The notes: a model not told the origin generated them from the letters alone. Positions 6,460 through 14,818 are shown, counted from the stretch's first letter. The stretch is DNA of 39,701 nt from Nitrospinaceae bacterium (GCA_029261435.1 JAJDBI010000027.1:1-39701), one strand, 5' to 3'. Program-made: numbers and translations.

Positions 6460-8763
6460 TCATAAAATTTTCCTTGCTGGCAGAAAAAACAATAACAACA
6501 ACAATAGTGACGCTACACCACTGATGATGACTCCTGTTTTTAATCCTATGGGTTCATATATGAACTCGATATGGTGGTTGCCTGGCTTCAAACGGACGCC
6601 TCGGTAAAAATAATCGGCACGATAGATGTGCCCGGCCTTGCCATCCACTTCCACCTTCCACCCGGGGAAATAGGTATCAAGCAGAACCAGAAACCCTTCT
6701 TCGTTCTGACTGGTCTCAAGACTCACCCGGTTTGGACTGTAATTGATTTTTTCAACCTTTCCGGAAAAGTTTTTTGCTTTTTTCATTTCAACCGACTTTG
6801 TCAACAGAACCTGCTGAAGCGGGTTGAACGCTGCATCGTAATAAATATTTAGCGTATTCTCTTTTGGCACCTGCGCCGAGTTTCCAACCAAAAAAGCACG
6901 CGGTAGAGCATCTTCAAACACGTCTACTTTCATCAATCCTCTTGGGTATTGATCTGAAGGCGGTTGCTCATAATCTCTTGTCACCCAATACTTCACATTG
7001 CTTCGCTGTAAAATTCTTTTCTTCGTTGAGATATCAGCCGGATGAAACGATTTAAACCAAGGCATACTGTCTGCCATTACCATGCCGGAATATCCGTCGG
7101 CATAAGCTACCCCATAGATCGCCCCCATGTTTTGAGAGACTCGGTCACGTGCAGCCAATTGAACACTCAACTTATTATAGAGAGAATGCTTCGATGAAGT
7201 ACCTGATTTCTGCAACTCAGCTTCAGTAGAACCAGAAAAATTATTAGTTTGTGCAGTGCTCTTCAATAGTCTACCGCTATAAGTGCGGAATGAATCTGCG
7301 GTTCCCTCAAGACGTTTTGCCAAGATCGAAGGTTTTGAATAAAATTCATTGTCTATCATTGGTGCCAGTGTTGAGTTTTTCCCCATCAAGTCCATCACCA
7401 ACAATAACAAGAGAAGTGAAACAAATGCATTACGGTTTATTTTTTTTAAATTCAGAGCAAAAATTCCGGTCCCCAGGAGCATCAAAATCATCAGGCTTTC
7501 AAGTCCGGCTCGGTTGGAATAATTTCCAAAAATCCCAGCTACCATCATCCCAGTGACCAGAAGAGCGATCAGGAGTTTTTTCACTTCAGAGTTTTTTTGC
7601 GTGACTGCAAGGACAAACCTGTCCATAGCCCAGGCCGATAGAAATACCAATGCATAGGCACACAAGAAAAAAAACTTCTCCGGGAACCGGAACATGTTGA
7701 ACACCGGAACCCATTCATGAAATAGGAAATAAAGCGGATTAAATCTGCCCAGAGCAAAAAACACTCCCGCGCCGAAAACCACCAACCAAAAACGAGTCTC
7801 TTTTTGTTCCCTTCCGACCAGAAGGCTACCAAGCAAAAAAAACAAAGGAACAATGCCCATATATAAGCTATGCATAAAATAATTCATAGGGCCTCCGTCC
7901 CCTTCGAGAAATTGCGTGAAATTCTCAGGCAAAAACAGGTCGAGCAAAGCACTGGGAGTTAACGACCAAAGTGTGCTATCGATATAATTCACTCCATCAC
8001 CGCGCACTAACTCTTTAAGCAAGTAATAAGTCGGCACCCATTGCAAAGCAGAAAGAACCAGCGCAAACACAACCAGCACAAACACCGCCAGGGTTTTTTG
8101 TTTGAACCCCTTCAACTGTTCTTCATCTTTAGTCAGGTAAAGGGAATGGGCATAAATCAGGAGTACAGAAAAAATTGCGCTTTCCGGTCCACCGCCCAGC
8201 ACCTGGAGCGCCAGTAAAATCACGGCACCACAAAAATGATTCATTCTTCCGTCGCGCATGAACTTTTGCCACATCATCATAAGTAACGGGAACCAAACGG
8301 CAGACTGAAAATGATTATAAATCGCGGCCAACGACAAAAAATATCCACCCAAAAGGGCAGTAAGCGCTGCTGCCAGGGATGCGGGAGTTGACCTGCCCCA
8401 ATACCGGCTCAGGGCATAAACCGATCCCATCAGTATCAGATGATGAAATAGAAAGTAATAGCTAAAGGCAAAGTTAAAATCGTTCAATAAAAATATTACA
8501 GAAGGAGGATAAAACACCCCCGGATGCATCATGGACATAAATGGCATACCCTGGAATAAGTTTGGATACCAGTACGGCCATTCCCCCACTGCCCATGCCT
8601 GAGCAATAGAAAGTTTCATAGGATATGCAAAATGCTTGATATCGCGGAAGAAGAAAGTGTTCCCTTCGAACAAGACTGGGTAAAAAAGCAGGGTAAAAAC
8701 AAACAGGAGGAAACAGGCCGGTAGGAGGGACATCCCGAAGCGGTATAGAGAATTATTATTCAT
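6460..8763 (-). CDS. YfhO-like polytopic membrane protein (putative GT-C-type glycosyltransferase), paralog 2
   Basis: 767 aa with many TM helices. N-terminal FEGNTFFFRDIKHFAYP and C-terminal EGFLVLLDTYFPGWKVEVDGK...YRADYFYRGVRLKPGNHHIEFIYEP plus a final TM, as in the YfhO family. Its start overlaps the upstream stop by 8 nt (ATGAATAA). Confidence 0.65.
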   Translation of the reverse strand: MNNNSLYRFGMSLLPACFLLFVFTLLFYPVLFEGNTFFFRDIKHFAYPMKLSIAQAWAVGEWPYWYPNLFQGMPFMSMMHPGVFYPPSVIFLLNDFNFAFSYYFLFHHLILMGSVYALSRYWGRSTPASLAAALTALLGGYFLSLAAIYNHFQSAVWFPLLMMMWQKFMRDGRMNHFCGAVILLALQVLGGGPESAIFSVLLIYAHSLYLTKDEEQLKGFKQKTLAVFVLVVFALVLSALQWVPTYYLLKELVRGDGVNYIDSTLWSLTPSALLDLFLPENFTQFLEGDGGPMNYFMHSLYMGIVPLFFLLGSLLVGREQKETRFWLVVFGAGVFFALGRFNPLYFLFHEWVPVFNMFRFPEKFFFLCAYALVFLSAWAMDRFVLAVTQKNSEVKKLLIALLVTGMMVAGIFGNYSNRAGLESLMILMLLGTGIFALNLKKINRNAFVSLLLLLLVMDLMGKNSTLAPMIDNEFYSKPSILAKRLEGTADSFRTYSGRLLKSTAQTNNFSGSTEAELQKSGTSSKHSLYNKLSVQLAARDRVSQNMGAIYGVAYADGYSGMVMADSMPWFKSFHPADISTKKRILQRSNVKYWVTRDYEQPPSDQYPRGLMKVDVFEDALPRAFLVGNSAQVPKENTLNIYYDAAFNPLQQVLLTKSVEMKKAKNFSGKVEKINYSPNRVSLETSQNEEGFLVLLDTYFPGWKVEVDGKAGHIYRADYFYRGVRLKPGNHHIEFIYEPIGLKTGVIISGVASLLLLLLFFLPARKIL

Positions 8764-11056
8764 TTATACCAATCCTTTTGACATTTTTAAAATGAAGAAA
8801 TATCAAACCAGTTAAAAGAATAATCAGAGTAAAAACGCTGACTTTCAATCCTGCTTCAAATCCTTCCGGAATATAAGAGAATTTGATTAAATGCCTACCG
8901 GCATCCAGTTTGACCCCCCTGAAAAAATAATTTGCACGATGAATTTGGTGCGGCTTGCCGTCGACCTCCACCTTCCAGCCAGGGAAATAAGTATCCAGCA
9001 GAACCAGAAACCCTTCTCCATTCTGCTCCGTTGTCAATTCAACCTTGTTGAGTGAGTAAATGATTTTATTCACCTTCCCGAAAAAATCACTCCGTGTTTG
9101 TGTTTGCACTTCTTCGCCTAATAAAACTTTCTGTAGAGGGTCAAACGAATCACTATAATAAGTATTCAACAGGTGAGGTTCCCGACCAGACTGAGACTGC
9201 CCCACTATGAAGGCTCGCGGCAGAGTATCTTCAAAAACCTCGACCGGCTTCAAACCCATAGAGGCAAGATCCCTGCCTTCATCTGTCAACCAGTATTTCA
9301 CATTACTTCGTTCTAATATGCGGATTCGTTTTTCCGGCGGGGACTTGATGAAAAGTTCTGTCCACAGCCACCCATTGTTGAGTTCCAAACCAGTAAGCCC
9401 ATCTGTATAACTCAATCCATAAATCATTCCCAGGTTCGGACGAAGGAGGTTTTTCAGCGCAAGATGCGAAGCCATCAGATTCTTTCTTTTAGGAAATTGA
9501 GTGGCCGTAGGAATGTTTTCTTCATCGAGCAGTCTTCCTCCATAAACCCGATAGAGCTTTTGTGAATCTTCTAGTTGAGCAATGAGCTCGGGTTTTTTTT
9601 CGTAAAAAGATCGGTCAACCATGGGCATTAATGAAACATTTCGAGCCCACAATTCCAGAATAAGAAGAATTACAGCAAGAACCCTGAACACAGCCATACC
9701 CCGCGTTGCTGTTAAAGATATTGCCAGAAGCATTGCAAAGATAATCAGGGTGACCAATCCCGTTAGCCATTCTCTTTCCGGTTCCATCACCGCAACCCAC
9801 AGCAGTAAAGCCAGCAGGGCAAACGCCGTTAGCAGAGAAGAACGCTTATTTTTTTCTACGGAACCAACCCTGAAAAAATCCAACCCCAACCCTGTCAAAA
9901 AAACGAGAGCGAACGCGGACAGAAAAAAGAATTTTTCCGGGTAACGGAAAAACCTCAATGCTGGAACCCCATCGTAAAACCAGGAATAAAGTGGATTAAA
10001 TCTTCCCGCGGCGAAAAAGATTCCCATGAAGAATAGCCCTGCCCAAAACCAGAATGCCCGGCTTTTAATTCCTGATAACAATCCGAAAAACAAGATTCCC
10101 AAAGGAACTAAACCCATGAAACAACTTTGCAAAAAATATTGTTTGGAAAATTTGTCCGAGGTCATGAAATTAAAATAATTTTCAGGCAGGATGATTGTCG
10201 ACAAGGCTGAAGGTGACAAGGACATTGCAGAATTATGTTCAAAACTCACACCGGCAGAACGCACAGACTCCTCAACCAAAGCACTGGTAGGTATAAGTTG
10301 AATAGCAGATAGCCCTAAACTTACAAACAAAACCCCTGCGAACACTCCTGTCCGCACTAGAGAAGAATTTCGAGTAACTTCTCCGGGTACCACAAATACC
10401 GCAAAGCCCCACAAGATTCCTGTAATAAAAATACAGGTTTCTGAACTACCCCCCAGAATTGAAAATGTATAAAATAAAACTGTGCACAGAAAATCAGCAA
10501 TCCTTTTTTTCAACAGCAAGCGATTAAAACTCAAGAGAATCAGCGGAAACCAGACTGCAGTTTGGAAATGATTGTATATCGATGCCAGGGAAAGGAAGTA
10601 CCCACCCAGAAGAGCTGTCACCGCAGAACCCAACGAAGCCTCCGGAGAAAGTCCCCAGAACCGAGACAACCCATAGACCGAAAAAGTCAGGACGAAATGG
10701 TGAAACAAATAAAAATAATTGAAGGCATCACCAAAATTATTTATCAGGAAAATAAGGTTTGGCGGGTAAAAAACTCCGGGGTGGTATAAAGAGAAGAAAG
10801 GAACGCCTCCTGAAATTTGCGAGTTCCAGAATGGCAGAGCCCCTTCCTGCAGGCTTTTCCAGATGAAATGCTTGAAGGGATAGCCGAAGTGCAACATATC
10901 CCTGAAGAAGAAGGTTTTACCTTCAAATAAAATCGGGAAAAACAAAGCAAAAAAGAGAAACACCAGCACTAAAACAGCAACCAGACTTTTATTCAGCCGG
11001 CAAATCCAAGCAGGCATTGCGAAAAGAAAATATGGTGTAGGAACCTGTGGACCCAT
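8756..11056 (-). CDS. YfhO-like polytopic membrane protein (putative GT-C-type glycosyltransferase), paralog 1
   Basis: 766 aa, colinear with 6460..8763 along its whole length (FEGKTFFFRDMLHFGYP ... EGFLVLLDTYFPGWKVEVDGK ... FRGVKLDAGRHLIKFSYIP). ATG start preceded by GAAGGA. Confidence 0.65.
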   Translation of the reverse strand: MGPQVPTPYFLFAMPAWICRLNKSLVAVLVLVFLFFALFFPILFEGKTFFFRDMLHFGYPFKHFIWKSLQEGALPFWNSQISGGVPFFSLYHPGVFYPPNLIFLINNFGDAFNYFYLFHHFVLTFSVYGLSRFWGLSPEASLGSAVTALLGGYFLSLASIYNHFQTAVWFPLILLSFNRLLLKKRIADFLCTVLFYTFSILGGSSETCIFITGILWGFAVFVVPGEVTRNSSLVRTGVFAGVLFVSLGLSAIQLIPTSALVEESVRSAGVSFEHNSAMSLSPSALSTIILPENYFNFMTSDKFSKQYFLQSCFMGLVPLGILFFGLLSGIKSRAFWFWAGLFFMGIFFAAGRFNPLYSWFYDGVPALRFFRYPEKFFFLSAFALVFLTGLGLDFFRVGSVEKNKRSSLLTAFALLALLLWVAVMEPEREWLTGLVTLIIFAMLLAISLTATRGMAVFRVLAVILLILELWARNVSLMPMVDRSFYEKKPELIAQLEDSQKLYRVYGGRLLDEENIPTATQFPKRKNLMASHLALKNLLRPNLGMIYGLSYTDGLTGLELNNGWLWTELFIKSPPEKRIRILERSNVKYWLTDEGRDLASMGLKPVEVFEDTLPRAFIVGQSQSGREPHLLNTYYSDSFDPLQKVLLGEEVQTQTRSDFFGKVNKIIYSLNKVELTTEQNGEGFLVLLDTYFPGWKVEVDGKPHQIHRANYFFRGVKLDAGRHLIKFSYIPEGFEAGLKVSVFTLIILLTGLIFLHFKNVKRIGINE

Positions 11057-11228
11057 AGTCCTTCAGCCTTTGAGGTATTTTTTTATTTTCAATATCAATC
11101 CCATAGAAAGAAATAGAAACTTCGATCTGAATATCGTCTCGAAAAAATCTGGAACAAGGATCCCATCAAACAATAGTTAAAAAGTATTATCCCAGTCTTT
11201 GAATGGGGAGTTATCCAGATGACCTCCA

Positions 11229-11272
11229 AAGAAAAAATCCCCACCCTCCGTCCAGCAGACGGGGAGTGGGGA
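11229..11272 (-). terminator. intrinsic (rho-independent) terminator just downstream of the pilin gene
   Basis: On the minus strand: UCCCCACUCCCCGUC-UGCUG-GACGGAGGGUGGGGA followed by UUUUUUCUU. The 15-bp stem has 13 Watson-Crick pairs, 1 GU and 1 mismatch. It begins 19 nt after the TAG stop. Confidence 0.8.
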
Positions 11273-11290
11273 ATATTTGTCACAAAAAAA

Positions 11291-11677
11291 CTACGGAGTG
11301 ATAGCACCATTGCTATCTATGGAGTAAACCGTAGACGAGGCATCATCAGTATGCTTCGTTGTTGCTGCAAAACCAGCTTCAGTCTTAGTACCAGCGGTAA
11401 TAGTAATTTTTGCTGATGTGGTATATCCATAAGTCGCGTCATCAACAGCGGCAGAATCACAAGCAGCCGTCGGTCCCTTATCTGCCCAGTAAGCCTTACA
11501 AGCCAGAAATATGTTATGCAGATGCGATTTTGCGTCAGATTGATAAGCTCTGTTCTTATAAGCACTGAATTGAGGAATCGCAATGGCAGCCAAAATACCG
11601 ATAATAGCGATAACGATCAACAATTCAATAAGAGTAAAACCCTTTTCTCCTTGAACCTTTCTAAACCTGGATAACAT
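11291..11677 (-). CDS. pilA: type IV pilin (prepilin with N-terminal cleavage/methylation motif)
   Basis: [13 protein letters not shown]|[24 protein letters not shown] has G at -1, F at +1 and E at +5, plus a hydrophobic alpha1-N helix. The ATG at 11677 lies 8 nt after a GGAGG. The track ORF is extended to a TTG at 11704, which I consider unlikely. Confidence 0.9.
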   Translation of the reverse strand: MLSRFRKVQGEKGFTLIELLIVIAIIGILAAIAIPQFSAYKNRAYQSDAKSHLHNIFLACKAYWADKGPTAACDSAAVDDATYGYTTSAKITITAGTKTEAGFAATTKHTDDASSTVYSIDSNGAITP

Positions 11678-11746
11678 TTCCCATTCCTCCGTTATGGTTG
11701 ACAAAACAAGCTTTCAATAAACTATTTCTCCAATTGCTCAATATAA

Positions 11747-11762
11747 AGCAATCCTCATGCCT
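11747..11762 (-). promoter_or_regulatory. candidate sigma54 (-24/-12) promoter for the pilin gene
   Basis: The minus strand reads AGGCATGAGGATTGCT, against the consensus TGGCAC-N5-TTGCW. The GG and GC are at the exact canonical spacing, about 70 nt upstream of the ATG. Confidence 0.55.
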
Positions 11763-11867
11763 TCTATTTAATTGCCGCGGTTATTTATTATAACTCCTTT
11801 ATTTCTAATATGTTAGAAAATTTTCATCTATTTATAGATTTTTTAAACCTTGAAACCCGCACAAGAA

Positions 11868-11884
11868 CTGACAAAATTTGTCAG
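11868..11884. promoter_or_regulatory. perfect 8-1-8 palindrome CTGACAAA-A-TTTGTCAG in the pilA/nadD divergent region (candidate regulator site)
   Basis: Perfect inverted repeat. An extra half-site, TTTTGTCA, lies at 11898..11905. It is about 105-120 nt upstream of the sigma54 element and 108 nt upstream of the nadD ATG. Confidence 0.4.
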
Positions 11885-11991
11885 TTTCACTACCAAGTTT
11901 TGTCATTTAATGAGGTTTTTTGAAAAAATGGTCCCCATAAACTTCATTATCTCTTGCCATATTTAGAGGTTTATGAAACGATTTGCTGTAT

Positions 11992-12684
11992 ATGAATAAC
12001 GAATTAAAACGAGTGGGTTTATTGGGAGGAACGTTTGATCCTGTCCATGACGGGCACCTGGATCTTGCGACAAAAACAGCGCAACTATTTGATTTAAAAG
12101 AAGTTTTATTCATTCCCGTCAGCCAGTCGCCGCATAAGCTTGGTGATCAGCCCACCTCTTCGCGCCATCGAATTGCCATGCTTGAACTGGCTCTTGAACA
12201 GAAAACCAGGTTTTCGATAGAGTTATTTGAGGTAGAGAAAGGTGGTGTCTCCTACACCATTGAGACCTTGTCCCGACTAAAGGAAAGACACCCTAGTTGG
12301 GAGCTTTATTTGATTCTTGGAGCAGATGCCTTTTTGCTGATGGATACTTGGAAAAGTTTTACCGAAATAATAAAACTCTGCCACATACTGGTGGGCACAC
12401 GACCAGGCATCAAGCTAGAGGTTCCAGATAAGTTGAGCCAAACCCTAGGACTCAAAAAAACTCCACGGGATAATGATGATTTAATACTGCCCATGACCTT
12501 GAATACCACCACCGGAAAAACCATACGCTTATATCAAATTCCAACTCCCAATATTTCATCCAGAGAAATCCGGCAAAAGGTGCAGGCAGGAAAAGAAATC
12601 AAAAATTTGTTGCCCCCTGCAGTTGATCATTATATTATGCACCACCGATTATACCGGGCTGAGTCCCCTCCAATTAAGGATTAA
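11992..12684 (+). CDS. nadD: nicotinate-nucleotide adenylyltransferase
   Basis: VGLLGGTFDPVHDGHLDLA is the (H/T)xGH nucleotidyltransferase motif, and ISSREIRQKV is the C-terminal ISSTxxR-type motif. The track ORF begins at TTG 11983. The first ATG is at 11992. Confidence 0.85.
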   Translation: MNNELKRVGLLGGTFDPVHDGHLDLATKTAQLFDLKEVLFIPVSQSPHKLGDQPTSSRHRIAMLELALEQKTRFSIELFEVEKGGVSYTIETLSRLKERHPSWELYLILGADAFLLMDTWKSFTEIIKLCHILVGTRPGIKLEVPDKLSQTLGLKKTPRDNDDLILPMTLNTTTGKTIRLYQIPTPNISSREIRQKVQAGKEIKNLLPPAVDHYIMHHRLYRAESPPIKD

Positions 12685-13038
12685 ATGATAGAACAATTAA
12701 GCGCTCTGCAACAGCTGGCTGTAGATTCTGCCTCGGATAAAAAGGCTTTTGACATTCTCATTCTGGACTTACGGAATCGTTCAGACCTGACTGATTTTTT
12801 CATGATTTGCAGTGGGAATTCCAAGGTCCACGTTCAATCTATTGTTGATGCAATCCTGGACAATTGTTACCAGACTCATAATAAGCCTCTGGCTATCGAA
12901 GGTTATTCAGGTGGTAATTGGATAGTGGTAGATCTTGGAGATTTGATAGTGCATGTTTTTCATAAAGAAGCCCGCCTTCAATACGACCTCGAACGTCTCT
13001 GGGGCGATGTTCCTGTTATCAAGGCAGTAGGCCAATAA
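12685..13038 (+). CDS. rsfS: ribosome silencing factor RsfS (iojap/YbeB family)
   Basis: AFDILILDLRNRSDLTDFFMICSGNSKVHVQSIVDAI ... WIVVDLGDLIVHVFHKEARLQYDLERLWGD. The gene directly abuts the nadD stop, which is the conserved nadD-rsfS synteny. Confidence 0.85.
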   Translation: MIEQLSALQQLAVDSASDKKAFDILILDLRNRSDLTDFFMICSGNSKVHVQSIVDAILDNCYQTHNKPLAIEGYSGGNWIVVDLGDLIVHVFHKEARLQYDLERLWGDVPVIKAVGQ

Positions 13039-13070
13039 ATATCCCCCTTTCACCTTAAACCAACACCATA

Positions 13071-13463
13071 ATGAACAAAAAGAAACTAGCTCAATTTCAT
13101 TCCAAATTGGAATCCATACGATCCGAATTACTCGGGGACGTTGAAAAATCAAACCAGAGCGTGAAAGAAAGCGAGATCGGACAAATTGCTGATATCAGCG
13201 ACGATGCCGCACGCGCATACAACCGCCAGCTGGAAGGGGAACTGGGCGAACAGGAATGGAAAAAACTCAAGCAAGTTGACATGGCCATCGAAAAAATAGC
13301 CGAAGGGGAATATGGCATCTGCGCACAATGCGAAAGCGCTATTCCCGAAGCCCGACTGGAAGTGGTCCCTTACACAGAATTCTGCACCCAATGTCTGAGC
13401 GAAATGGAAAAGAACAGCAAGGTCATTAGCATCAATGACGAAAACTCGTTCGAGGAGAATTAA
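13071..13463 (+). CDS. dksA: DksA/TraR-family RNA polymerase-binding zinc-finger protein
   Basis: C4 finger CAQCESAIPEARLEVVPYTEFCTQC. The coiled-coil tip DISDDA fits the DxxDxA motif of true DksA. Confidence 0.7.
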   Translation: MNKKKLAQFHSKLESIRSELLGDVEKSNQSVKESEIGQIADISDDAARAYNRQLEGELGEQEWKKLKQVDMAIEKIAEGEYGICAQCESAIPEARLEVVPYTEFCTQCLSEMEKNSKVISINDENSFEEN

Positions 13464-13465
13464 GC

Positions 13466-14704
13466 GTGTCCTTGAAGCAAATCATTGTCTTCCTTATTTT
13501 TGCACTACTCTCCATATATACGGCATTTCTGAATCCTCATGATACGGTGATTCACATCACCCAAAACCAATCGCTGAAGTTACCAACCGTTCTTCTTCTG
13601 CTAGGTTCTATTCTAATTGGTGTGATCGTTACGGTTTTCATGTTCTGGACTTTTAATTTCAAAAGCGCGATAGCGCGCTGGAAAATTAATTTCAAAAATA
13701 ATCGTATCGCAAAAAAGAACAGCAATATTGAAACTCTGTTCAAAAAAGGAGAAAACCTTTTCATCTGCGGTAAGACTGATAAGGCAAAAAGTATTATTGA
13801 AAAGCTCCTCGACACATCACCCGAACATGTTGGGGCACTCAACCTGATGGGTCGAGTCTTATCTTCCACAGGAAAACCTGATCAGGCTGAACTTTTGCAT
13901 AAAAAAGTTCTCACCCTTGAGCCACAAAATATCCATGCCCTTTTTGATCTGGCAGATACCTATTCTAAAACCGGCCGCCAAAGCGAAGAAATCGCGCTAC
14001 TCCAGAAAATGCAAGCGATGAATCCGGGAACGATCACCCCATTAATTCACCTGCGTGATATTTATATAAAACAGGAAGACTGGAAAAAAGTTTGTACCCT
14101 GCAAAAAAGAGTTTTGCCTCTTCTTCGAGAAAACAATGAGGAATGGAAAAAAGAACAAGCCAGTCTGGCCCAATTCTTTTTTGAATCCGGCAAGAAAAAC
14201 CTGCAAGCAGGAAATCGGGACAACGCTATTTCTGAATTTAAACAGGCCATTCGAACTTCTGAAAAATGCCTGCCGGCCTACTTGTCATTGGGCGACACTT
14301 ATCTGGAGTCCGGCAAACAAAAACAAGCGTTAAAAACCTGGAAAACAGGATTCCAAAAAACAGGCGATAAAACCTGCCTGGTACGTTCACAAATCGCCCT
14401 CAGGGAGTCTGATGACTATCAGGATCTCATGCAGACTTATGAAGAATCCTTCGAGGCAGCAGATCAGGAAGACCAGCCTTTATTGATGCTTTTATTGTCT
14501 ACCTTCTATCTGGAACATGGGTTGGAAGATAAAGCCCGGAACCTTCTGGAGAACAACACACCGCAACACCCTTTGCTTCACTCTTTATTGCTGGAAAATG
14601 TACAGCAGTCAGAAAAGCACGGATCTCAATTCGAACTTACCCGAGACGCCATATTCGCACTCACCGGCGAGCCGCCGGTGGCAGTTGGCAATAGCCCCCA
14701 TTGA
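13466..14704 (+). CDS. TPR-repeat protein with an N-terminal LapA-like two-helix membrane anchor (LapA/LapB-like fusion)
   Basis: GTG start 2 nt after the dksA stop. Two N-terminal TM helices (IIVFLIFALLSIYTAF, LLLLGSILIGVIVTVFMFW) are followed by multiple TPR-like units (GALNLMGRVLSSTGKPDQAELLHKKVLTLEPQNIHALFDLADTY...). Confidence 0.55.
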   Translation: MSLKQIIVFLIFALLSIYTAFLNPHDTVIHITQNQSLKLPTVLLLLGSILIGVIVTVFMFWTFNFKSAIARWKINFKNNRIAKKNSNIETLFKKGENLFICGKTDKAKSIIEKLLDTSPEHVGALNLMGRVLSSTGKPDQAELLHKKVLTLEPQNIHALFDLADTYSKTGRQSEEIALLQKMQAMNPGTITPLIHLRDIYIKQEDWKKVCTLQKRVLPLLRENNEEWKKEQASLAQFFFESGKKNLQAGNRDNAISEFKQAIRTSEKCLPAYLSLGDTYLESGKQKQALKTWKTGFQKTGDKTCLVRSQIALRESDDYQDLMQTYEESFEAADQEDQPLLMLLLSTFYLEHGLEDKARNLLENNTPQHPLLHSLLLENVQQSEKHGSQFELTRDAIFALTGEPPVAVGNSPH

Positions 14705-14818
14705 GCCAAAAAACCAAATAAGTGTAAAAATAAAGATATCGAATCCTGCTAAGAGGCCACTCGGCGTTGGAGCGATCAGGTCGTCCAACGGGGATTCATT
14801 GCTACCGGTACCCCACGC

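Noticed and set aside
6531-6556. Similarity between cctgttttcaacccaacagg (3561..3580) and cctgtttttaatcctatggg (6532..6551), seen as PVFNP in two shadow ORFs
   Set aside because: The match is about 14 of 20 nt, and one copy is inside the YfhO-like coding sequence. This is consistent with chance.
11095-11416. ORFs 11095..11310 (-) and 11219..11416 (+)
   Set aside because: They span the pilin terminator hairpin and pilin antisense sequence. They have no SD and no motifs. The region is better explained as terminator plus spacer.
11678-11704. Nine-codon N-terminal extension of the pilin ORF (TTG start in the track)
   Set aside because: The extension would contain the GGAGG that sits 8 nt before the internal ATG. 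A 22-residue leader starting at TTG is much less likely than the SD-supported 13-residue leader.
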